In this document: positions 54,361 to 64,000 of the stretch, piece after piece
How the letters are laid out: every line of letters starts with the position of its first letter
Position numbering within the stretch: position 1 is the stretch's first letter
From: Octopus sinensis
Lineage: Eukaryota
NCBI RefSeq assembly: GCF_006345805.1
Contig: NW_021832610.1
Location: 39,891-103,890 of the forward strand
Length of the DNA stretch: 64,000 nucleotides
Direction of reading: 5' to 3'
Translations under genes and position numbers: made by a program
Notes under the pieces: generated by a model
The model's database searches: none
What the model was told of the DNA's origin: nothing
What the model saw: only the letters and a program-made list of their open reading frames with translations

Positions 54361-54507
54361 CGTGTCCAAAAAATACAACTATTTGCAACAGAGAAGTAAC
54401 ATGCCCTGAAAGACGTTTGTATAAAGAATGTAAAGTGTCTCATCTGAAGAATAACAAATTGGTATGCAATGACAGTCTAGAATGGGAACCAAAATTTACA
54501 TGTCCAG
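54361..54507 (+). CDS. Exon B: 147-bp phase 1-1 exon encoding a six-Cys module ([48 protein letters not shown])
   Basis: Acceptor tttttgtttcag|, donor ccag|gtaaaa, open frame, and paralogy with exon C. Confidence 0.8.
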
Positions 54508-54698
54508 GTAAAAGAAATCTCAATACATAATTACAATTGTTGTTGTTATTAATCTTTGCAATTTATTCTTGTTATTCTTTTTTGTCATTTTATAATATTG
54601 GAGATATTACATAAGTGGAAAACATAGGGAAGTGATCTACCTGTTACATTGTACACTGTCATAGGTAGTCTTGAAGTTCATTGCATTCCAGTCTAGGC

Positions 54699-55349
54699 CA
54701 GGGGTTCTCAACCAGAGCCCATATGGCCTTTGGGGGTTCGATGACTAGCGTCAGTGCTAGTAGGGTGCCAAGAGTACCATCCGAGCAAGATCGTTGCCAG
54801 AGCAGCCAACTGGCTTCTGTGCCAGTGGCATGTAAAAGGGCACCATTCGAGCATGATCATTACTAACGTCGCCTTACTGGCACCTGTGCTGGTGGCATGT
54901 GTAAAAGGATTTGAGCGAGGTCATTGCCAGTACCGCCTGACTGGCCCCCATGCTGGTGGCACGTAAAAAGCACCCACTATGCTCTTGGAGTGGTTGGCAT
55001 TAGGAAGGGCATCCAGATGTAGAAACTCTGCCAAATCAAGATTGGAGCATGGTGCAGCCATCCGGTTCGCCAGCTCTCAGTTAAAATTGTCCAACCCATG
55101 CTAGCATGGAAAGCGGACGTTAAACGATGATGATGATGATGATGATGATGATGTATCAGATTTGTAGTAATAAAATCGATTATACTTCTTTAGTAGACAA
55201 AATATTTTAATAATTTTTTTAATACAATTCCTAATAATATTTAATTATAAAAATATAAGATATTTTTAAACATTGAATGACTGATTGTTCACTCCAGTAA
55301 AATAGGAATTAAAGGGATCCTTAGACAAAAAAATGGTTGAACACATCTT
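54699..55349 (+). mobile_element. hAT (Charlie-like) MITE with a nested RTE 3' copy at 54770-55153
   Basis: Left TIR caggggttctcaacc, degenerate right TIR ggttgaacacatctt, 8-bp TSD gtctaggc/gtctagac. An interior segment recurs at 63945-64000. Confidence 0.65.
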
Positions 55350-55477
55350 GTCTAGACCATGAACAAACATTTTGTTCATTTCTTCTGCAGTCCATACTTT
55401 AACACTTTACATAATACTGGAGGCATGACTGTGTAGTAAGAAGTTGCTTCTTAATCACATGGTTCCAAGTTCCATTG

Positions 55478-55590
55478 GTGGAGGCACATGGCCTAGTGGT
55501 TAGAGCAGCGGACTCACGGTTGTGGGATCACGGGTTCGAATCTCAGACCGGGCGATGTGTGTGTTTATGAGTGAAACACCTAAGCTCCAT
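55478..55590 (+). mobile_element. SINE family S3 head
   Basis: ggaggcacatggcctagtggttagagcagcggactc...gttcgaatc. Confidence 0.7.
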
Positions 55591-55908
55591 GTATTTGTGC
55601 GTGTATTTCTGTCTCTTTGTGTGTGCACGTTTGAGTGTTTTTGTGTTTAGGTTTGTGTCACTATGTATGTGTGTCTGTTATGTATGGATGTGTGTCTCCA
55701 CAAGTGTCCTTGTGTGAAGTGTGTGTATGTATATGGTCATGTGTTTCAGTTTTCATTTGTGTATGCCAGTATGTATTTATATATGTGTGTATGCAAGTGC
55801 ATGTGCTTGTCTGTTCAGAAGTCTTACCATCTGTCTGTCCGTATTACCTATTCACCAATCTATCTATATGTATCTCTCTATATATATTGATCCATTTACC
55901 TACATATG

Positions 55909-55924
<16 letters not shown>

Positions 55925-55939
<15 letters not shown>

Positions 55940-56793
55940 TATGCCTTGAGAGAAAAGTTGGACCTAAGAAGTATCAGATGTGGTGTGCAAGAGAGACAAC
56001 TGTGCTGGTATGGTCATATGGTGAGAATGGATGTGGATAGCTGTGTGAAAAAGTACCACACCCTAGCAGTTGAGGGAACCTGTGGAAGAGGTAGACCCAG
56101 GAAGACCTGGGATGTGGTGGTGAAGCATGACCTTCAAACATTGGGCCTCACCGAGGCAATGACTAGTGACTGGGACCTCTGGAAATATTCTGTGCTTGAG
56201 AAGACTTGGCAAGTGCAAGTGAGACCATAACCTTGTGGCCTATGCCAGGGGTGTAACCAGTCCACATATGCGTGCCTTTCCTTCATTGGACACTAAACTC
56301 TGCTTGCGAAGACCAGTTGAGGCAAGTGAAATTGAAGTCAGAATCAAACTCAATTGCGAAGACCTGTTGAGGCACGTGAAATCGAAGTCAAACTCGGTGA
56401 CTGGCATCCGTTGCTAGTGGAGCGCTATGCCGATGGCATGATAAATACACCAATCAAGCATTATCGTTACCTACGTTGCCTTACTAGCACTTGTGCTGGT
56501 GGCACGTAAAAAAACATTCGAGCGAGGTCATTGCCAGTGCTGCTGGACTGGCTCCTGTGCAGGTGGCACATAAAAAGCACCATTAGAGCGTGGCTGTTGC
56601 CAGTACCACCAAACTGGCCCTCATGCCGGTGGCACGTAAAAGTACCCACTACACTCTCGGAGTGGTTGGCGTTAGGAAGGTCATTCAGCTGTAGAAACTC
56701 TGCCAGGTCAGATTGGAGTCTGGTTTGCCAGACCTCAGTCAAATCCTCCAACCCATGCTAGCATGGAAAGCGGACGTTAAACGATGATGATGA
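55925..56793 (+). mobile_element. RTE LINE 3' end: ORF C-terminus, long 3' UTR and (GAT)n tail
   Basis: ORF 55946-56230 reads RQLCWYGHMVRM...VEGTCGRGRPRKTWDVVVKHDL. Confidence 0.82.
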
Positions 56794-56829
56794 TATCTAT
56801 CTATCTCTCTCTATATATATATATATGTG

Positions 56830-56861
<32 letters not shown>

Positions 56862-57821
56862 CAGTCATACACACACACACACATATATATATATACCTAC
56901 ATATATATACACATACACACATGTGTGTGTATGTGTATATATGTAGGTATATATATATATATATATAAAGATAGATAAGTGCATAGGTAATATGGACAGA
57001 GAGACGGACAGATGTATGGACAGAAAGGCACATGCATGCGCATACACATGTACATACATACATGCATACATGCATACACAAATGAAAACTGAAACACATG
57101 ACTATGTACACACACAAACACTTCACACAAGGGCACATATAGAGACACACATCCGTACATAACAGATGCACATACATAGTCACACTCATTCATACACAAA
57201 AACATTCAAACATGTACACAAAGATACACATACACACATGCATACAAACACAAACATGAATACAAACTCACACACACACACACACACACACAAACACATA
57301 CACACACAAACACATGAATGTGCAAATAAATACATACATACAAATGTGCACACCTGCAAACATATATATATATATATGGTTAGACACACACACACACACA
57401 CACACATGTGTGTGCATACACACACATACATACATGCATACATGCACACATAGATATGTATGTGTGCATGGACACTGATGCACAGACATGCACACAAACA
57501 AACAAAAAGAACGCAACTCCAATAATGTACAGAGTCAATGACTATTGAAAAAGGTTGCATGACGCAATGAAAATTTTAGTAAAAATAAGTAAGCAAATGA
57601 GTAGAAATCGAACCAGTGTGTGTGTTATATAATAAGGCACTAAAAATAAATGACTCTTCTCAGACACAATAAGATATTCATATAAATGTATGTATGTATG
57701 TAACGTATGTATGTATTTAAGTATGTATGAATGAATGCATGCTTGTATATGAACGTGTGTGCATATATTTCCTAATTGATGTCAGCTATTTATACTAAAT
57801 GAATTTTTTCCACCCCTGCAG

Positions 57822-57968
57822 AGTGTAACAAAATTACTATCTACTGCAACAGAAAAATATACTGTAGTGAAACAATCATTGGCAGTGAGTGTATGTTACC
57901 ATTTAACACTTCTCAGAAATTAATATGTGGTGATGATCAACAATGGAAAACTGACTTTAAATGTCCAG
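57822..57968 (+). CDS. Exon C: 147-bp phase 1-1 exon encoding a six-Cys module (CNKITIYCNRKIYCSETIIGSECMLPFNTSQKLICGDDQQWKTDFKCP); absent from the ORF track
   Basis: Acceptor ttttttccacccctgcag|, donor ccag|gtaata. Same length and same Cys and Trp positions as exon B. Confidence 0.8.
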
Positions 57969-58050
57969 GTAATAATTTTATTGTGTAGAATTGGTTTTTT
58001 ATTTATTTGATTGTTTTAATGGAATATGTCTCTATTGAAATAACTGATAA

Positions 58051-59099
58051 CACAATGTAACACATGTTTTGTTTATTTGTATTTTTTTATGTTCATATAT
58101 GCATTTTTTGCCACTAAATTTAAAAATCACATTCGTTTTGACGTAACATCGATAGTTATTTATTTATTCCTAATTTCATATTTGCTCATTATATTTGTCA
58201 CTTTTTTCTACGGCACTTTTTTGGTTCAATCTATTCTAGTATTGTAAGGATAATTACACAACATTTAGTACTTTTTCATACATCGAAAAGTATTTAGGAA
58301 GTATATAGTACAAAACGAAACAATAAAACTCTGCGCTGTAAATGCCTTGATAACTCTTTTCTTAACATGAGAAGTGCTTTGACAATCGAGATTTTCTGGA
58401 GTGTACACCTTCATCTCTTCTGACTACAGACCATTTATAATCTCCCATCAAAGCAGTATCCCATCGTCCTTGGTATCTTCTTTCCATAGTTTCGATGTCC
58501 TGATGAAATCTCTCAACATGATCCTCACTTCGTGGCGTTTCCAGTACACAGATGTCTTGCAGTCTTCCCCCAGTAGATTCCATTCCTTCAACCTTAATGA
58601 AAGAAGTTCAGCTCCTGACTTAGTAAGACCCAGATCCCTGATTAAATCATCTAGCTCACTCTGAATTGGAATGTGAGGCTCTGAAGTCGTTCTTGGTATG
58701 AAAGCTTCCTCCATTTCTTGGCTGCTGCTACTTGTTGACTCTTCAGATGAAATATTTCCTGGTGGTAGTGGTACTGTCATCATGTGGAGCAGGTGCTCTA
58801 GATGATGATATGTCTGGACACTGAAGAGCTTGTCTTCCTTTCACTTTTCTGCACTTTGTCACTTCAATCATACAAAAGTAACAGTCATCGTGATGGTTCT
58901 TTGGCTCTCTCCATACCCTTGGAATGGCAAAAGGCATTGACCTTTCTGTACCTCTTAACCATCCTTCTAGAGTAGATCGACAGCTTCCACATATCACATG
59001 TGGGGCCCATGGTTTGTCATGGTCACCCATGGGCACTCTGAAATAGTCTGTACGCTATCCACAATAAACAAATTTTTTTTTGAAAATTGTTACGTTGTG
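58051..59099 (-). mobile_element. Internally deleted Chapaev3-like (CMC) DNA transposon
   Basis: CAC...GTG ends (cacaatgtaaca / tgttacgttgtg). Peptides GDHDKPWAPHVIC...WREPKNHHDDCYFC, QSELDDLIRDLGLTK...LKEWNLL and ERFHQDIETMERRYQGRWD. The family name comes from motif recall. Confidence 0.65.
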
Positions 59100-59111
59100 A
59101 AATTAAGTGAA

Positions 59112-59217
59112 AATTGATCTTTGGCAATACATATACTAAAATTGGAATGAAACAGAGAAGATTAGCATGGCCCCTGCGCAAGAATGACACGCAAATTCAT
59201 GAAGCGTTCCATATTTT
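59112..59217 (+). pseudogene. U6: U6 snRNA retrocopy/pseudogene
   Basis: acatatactaaaattggaatgaaacagagaagattagcatggcccctgcgcaagaatgacacgcaaattcatgaagcgttccatatttt matches the conserved U6 body with about four substitutions, two of them CpG-type. The ACAGAGA box is intact. Confidence 0.92.
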
Positions 59218-59224
59218 CTGTAGG

Positions 59225-59613
59225 CGTAGGATTGGCTGTGTGGTAAGTAGCTTGCTTGCGAACCACATGGTTCAGGGTTCAGTCCCACTGCATGGCACCT
59301 TGGACAAGTGCCTTCTACTATAGCCTCTGGCCGACCAAAGCCTTGTGATTGGATTTGGTAGACAGAAACTGAAAGAAACCCGTCGTATATATGTATATGT
59401 GCGTGTATGTTTGTGTGTCTGTGTTTGTCCTGCCTACATTGCTTGGCAACCGATGCTGGAGTGTTTACACTCTCGTAACTTAGCAGATCGGCAAAAAAGA
59501 GACCGATAGAATAAGTACTTGGCATACAAAGAATAAGTCCTGGGGTTGATTTGCTCGACTAATGGTGGTGCTCCAGCATGGCCACAGTCAAATGACTGAA
59601 ACAAGTAAAAGAG
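59225..59613 (+). mobile_element. SINE family S2, directly after U6
   Basis: Full-length S2 sequence. Confidence 0.8.
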
Positions 59614-59989
59614 TAATCAAATCTAAGTTTTTTTTAAAAATTTGCCTGATGACACCACATCTTTTCATTAATTCTCTTTTTTCTTTCTTTTCTATCTGTC
59701 TTGTCTGTTTTATTATTTTTTTTTTTTGGGGGGGGGGGCACTTTCTATATTTCTGCTGTGGTATATGATTATATATGTATATAATACAAGTATATATAAC
59801 CTATGTGGGAGGAAATATCTTGCTTGAAAACAGGAAGGTCTAGCAGTTACAAAAAATTGCTTCAACAAATTCTGCTTGACACATGAAAAAGTGGATGCTA
59901 AAAGTTTTTTTAAACATTGGTTTAGTTTTGTTTTTTGGGCTAAATTTAGCAATTATTTTGTCTTTTATTTTCTGGAACTGCTTGATGTA

Positions 59990-60660
59990 TTGTTGAACAA
60001 TCAGTGTCATTGGAGAGCATGTAGGTTTGTGTTGTAGTTGCGAATAATTTAGCTGACATGGAGAACTGGAAGTCATCTCCAGAATGTGCCTGAGACATGT
60101 CTGATGAACGCGTTGAAGGAGCCTCACATGACGTTTGTAAAGGGCCCATGTCTCACATGAGTAAAGGAGCGATGTTAGTATACATGCAGAGTACACAGTA
60201 ATTTTTGTTTGCCTGATGATGCCATGCAGGGACCAGACATGAGACTGAAGAGACCAGAATGAATTAATTGTTCTCTGCAGCCTGAAAGATATTTCATCAT
60301 CCAGGGAGCAAGAACGGCTGAGTGTGCTGTCCAAGTAGACAAACTTGTCTACCACCTTCAGAATTGTTCCTTCAACCAAGATTGCTGGTTCCACATATGG
60401 ATTTCCTGGTGCAGGCTGGAACATTACAACAGTTGTGTCCAGGCTAATGCCGAGTCCAAATACCTTGCAAGAAGCAGAAATATGATTCATGAGTATTTGC
60501 ATGTCATCCACTGTATGAATGACTAAGTCACAGTCATCTGCATAAAGGAGGTCATGAATGATAGACTAGAAAACTTTTGAAATCCTGGCTGGAGAGGGTT
60601 GAAGTTGGTGGACAATATGTATAGCAACAGCATTTGTCCCCAGACAAGGGAAGAAGTTAT
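59990..60660 (-). pseudogene. RTE/BovB-like LINE reverse transcriptase fragment
   Basis: LLYADDCDL (~60540) leads into ORF 59840-60511: ISLDTTVVM...VDKFVYLDSTLS...LLYSCETW...HQTCLRHIL. Confidence 0.85.
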
Positions 60661-60699
60661 TGTTGTTGAAGAATTTCTATGACTACACCAACTCTAAAT

Positions 60700-61025
60700 T
60701 TTAGTACCTTAACTCCTCAAATTATAGACTTATAAATTACTATGTATGGGGCACAAATAAAGGCACAAGCTGCTCTGCCTGCAACACCAAGATCAAGGAG
60801 GTGTTCAAAGATCTTCGAAGGGACAGAGTGAGGAATGTATGTGTCAGGTTCCAGAGTGTCTCGAGGCCATGGTTTACATTGAGGGCAGCTACTTTTAGCA
60901 AACTTTTATCTCCCATCCATAATCTAGTTGATATCTTTTGATTTGTAAAAATAATTTTACTCATGGAAGGGATATTGTGATTCCTTTTCCCTTTATGTAA
61001 ATTCAAATTTAGCTGATCACACATA
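60700..61025 (+). pseudogene. Tc1/mariner (maT-like) transposase C-terminal fragment
   Basis: YYVWG...CNTKIKEVFKDLRRDRVRNVCVRFQS, then after a frameshift LEAMVYIEGSYF*. Confidence 0.6.
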
Positions 61026-61239
61026 TACATATATATGCATATATATATATATACTTTCAGCAAATACAATTAAGATTCAAGTGAATTCCAATGAATTCAA
61101 ATGAATATGGTACTTAACTTAGATGCACCAGAATTGTTTATGGTATTAACCATAAAAAATGTGGGGTGATTATAACCAAGAAAAAAGCAACAAGAATGGA
61201 TTAGTAGTTGCTTTTTTTCTTGGTTATATCTATATATAT

Positions 61240-61480
61240 CATCATCATCATCATCATCGTTTAACGTCCGTTTTCCGCGCTAGCACGGGTTGGACGGTTT
61301 CGACCGGGGTCTGGGGAGCTCGGGACTGCCCCAGGCTCCAGTCTAGTCTGGCAGTGTTTCTACAGCTGGATGCCCTTCCTAACGCCAACCACTCCGCGAG
61401 TGTAGTGGGTGTTTTTTTACGTGCCACCTGCACAGTGCCAGAGGGGTCTGGCATCGGCCACGTTCGGATGGTGCTTTTTA
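61240..61480 (-). mobile_element. RTE 3' UTR copy
   Basis: Reverse complement of the shared RTE tail, with a (cat)n run. A + strand partial copy lies at 62600-62722. Confidence 0.75.
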
Positions 61481-61778
61481 TGGGGGGGAGCAGAAATATA
61501 GGGAGCACCAGTGGGAGGGGTGGTTCAGAGGAAGGTTCTAGGCAAGTAGAACGTAGGATATCAAGAGAGGGGTAATGCATGGTGAAATAGCGTATTGAAG
61601 AGGGGGGTTCAAAGAGTAGACACCTATAATGGTGGTGGAGGGAGAAACGACATCCGGTATAGTTGGAGCAAAATAGAGATATCCGGTATTGGTGGTGGAG
61701 GTGGGTAGGGCGGGCGCGCCGCCCGCGAAGAATCGGCGGCCAATTCTATCAGCCCTGTAAGGGAGATAGATCTTAAAT

Positions 61779-61812
<34 letters not shown>

Positions 61813-61821
61813 ATATATATT

Positions 61822-62288
61822 ATACAAGATAAGAAAATGGAGAAACACATCTAAATCAAATATCAATTACCAGATAATACTCAATCACATACTTTATTAA
61901 ACCACCACATAAGAGACTGTAGGGTTAAATATAAAAAGCAGAACAAATCAGTGTACATAAAGGAATGTACATAAAAAAGTGTACATAAAAGAGTAATGTT
62001 GTATAATAATTAGAATATATATAAAAAAGAATATAAGATCTAATGTATGCTTATATTTATATTTACTTGTATTTATATTCTTTTTTATATATATTCTACT
62101 TATTATACAACATTATTCTTTTATGTACACTTTTTTCATGTACATTCCTTTATGTACACTGATTTGTTCTGCTTTTTATATTTAACCCTACAGTCTCTTA
62201 TGTGGTGGTTTAATAAAGTATGTGATTGAGTATTATCTGGTAATTGATATTTAATGTAGATGTGTTTCTCCATTTTCTTATCTTGTAT
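61822..62288. repeat. Long palindrome: ~215-bp arms, ~36-bp spacer
   Basis: 61822-62036 is nearly the reverse complement of 62073-62288. Each arm contains a triplicated tgtacataaa subrepeat. Confidence 0.92.
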
Positions 62289-62542
62289 TAGTAATTTGTG
62301 GTAAATCATTTTACCTTTGCCCATATAATACAGTAAATGAATTGATTGCATCGCAGTCATTAACATTTATGTATTAACTTTGTTGGGTACTTCACTAGCA
62401 GTATTTGGATATACGTTATCCCATAGAGGGTTGCATTTACAACCCCTATCTCAATTTGTATATATACATATACGTATACATACATACAAATATATATATA
62501 TACATATATATATATACATACGTATTATATGTATGTATATAT

Positions 62543-62611
<69 letters not shown>

Positions 62612-62741
62612 TGGAGATTAGACTGGAGCCTGGTGCAGCCTTCTGGCTCCCAGAACCCCGGTCGAACCGTCCAACCCATGCTAACATGGAGAACGGACGT
62701 TAAACGATGATGATGATGATGATATATATATATATTATATA

Positions 62742-62794
<53 letters not shown>

Positions 62795-62831
62795 CATATA
62801 TATATATATATATTATATATATATACATATA

Positions 62832-63779
62832 TATATAAGAAAAAAGGTTTGAAAATGCAATTTAAACGATGTTTATTTACTTAACCGGTTTCACTCTTTG
62901 GTAAAAGATTGTCAAAAGTTACATTTAAGGAAACATTGAATAATATGGGTTCAAAAAAAGTTTTTTACATAATTGTCACATTGAATATTATGCATTCAAA
63001 AAGTTTTTTACATAATTGTCACATTGGATATTATGGGTTCAAAAAAAGTTTTTTACATAATTGTCACATTGAATATTATGCATTCAAAAAGTTTTTTACA
63101 TAATTGTCACATTGGATATTATGAATTCAAAAATGTTTTTTTTATACATATTGTCACATTATTTGGGAAAATTTGGCAGAAAAGGATAAAACAAATATAT
63201 TATTGGGAATTGGTTGCGTTAATTATTGGTTGTCGCAAATTGTCACATTACATGTATATATATACAATCTTTGGTATATATATACAGCGTTTTGACAGCA
63301 AAAATTAAAATGGATTTTTTGTCCATCTCAGAATATACCAAAGATTGTATATATATACATGTAATGTGACAATTTGCGACAACCAATAATTAACGCAACC
63401 AATTCCCAATAATATATTTGTTTTATCCTTTTCTGCCAAATTTTCCCAAATAATGTGACAATTATGTATAAAAAAACATTTTTGAATTCATAATATCCAA
63501 TGTGACAATTATGTAAAAAACTTTTTTGAATGCATAATATTCAATGTGACAATTATGTAAAAAACTTTTTTTGAACCCATAATATCCAATGTGACAATTA
63601 TGTAAAAAACTTTTTTGAATGCATAATATTCAATGTGACAATTATGTAAAAAACTTTTTTTGAACCCATATTATTCAATGTTTCCTTAAATGTAACTTTT
63701 GACAATCTTTTACCAAAGAGTGAAACCGTTAAGTAATAAACATCGTTTAAATTGCTTTTCAAACCTTTTTTCTTATATA
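62832..63779. repeat. Long palindrome/foldback element: ~447-bp arms, 53-bp spacer, internal ~43-bp tandem subrepeats
   Basis: 62832-63279 is nearly the reverse complement of 63333-63779, differing mainly by single-base indels. Confidence 0.93.
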
Positions 63780-63811
63780 ATCCCACTCGTGCGATACCCC
63801 ACAACTCAACT

Positions 63812-63861
<50 letters not shown>

Positions 63862-64000
63862 ATATATATATATGTATGTATATATATATATGTATATATT
63901 TATTATGTATATATATATATATACTGATGATGATGATGATGATGATGTATCAGATTTTGTAGTAATAAAATCGACTATACTTCTTTAGTAGACAAAATAT

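Noticed and set aside
59112-59217. Functional U6 gene
   Set aside because: It has substitutions at conserved positions including CpG-type changes, a divergent 5' end, and transposon sequence where the upstream promoter should be.
61620-61760. GC-rich patch (gggcgggcgcgccgcccgcgaagaatcggcggcc) as a promoter or structured RNA
   Set aside because: It is too short, with no second copy or recognisable motif to support a call.
55145-64000. Shared segment at ~55150 and ~63945, suggesting an 8.8-kb segmental duplication of the Cys gene
   Set aside because: The segment is the interior of the hAT MITE (54699-55349), and no exon homolog precedes the second copy.

Overview
AT-rich animal genomic DNA with no prokaryotic features. 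The SINE/LINE families and (TA)n/(CA)n/(GAT)n/(ATT)n microsatellites look like those of a coleoid cephalopod, probably Octopus; this is recognition only and was not checked by search. Bases 1-17.4 kb are a T-rich satellite of 18/20-bp monomers with higher-order periods of about 1.86 kb and 4.26 kb. It abuts a composite 9-bp/22-bp minisatellite (17.4-18.9 kb). The rest is a dense, nested field of degenerate transposable elements: mariner, Tc1-like, Chapaev3-like, hAT MITE, Helitrons, Gypsy integrase, Penelope-like, RTE and CR1 LINE ends, four or five SINE families, and a U6 retrocopy. Most ORF-track entries are translations of simple repeats. The most notable signals are: (1) three + strand, phase-compatible exons of a candidate host gene, two of them 147-bp phase 1-1 exons with identical six-cysteine spacing; (2) several minimal hammerhead-ribozyme motifs, one directly downstream of a Penelope-like element and one U3-A8 core variant inside a ~950-bp palindrome; (3) three near-perfect long palindromes; (4) a U6 copy fused to a SINE beside a Chapaev end.
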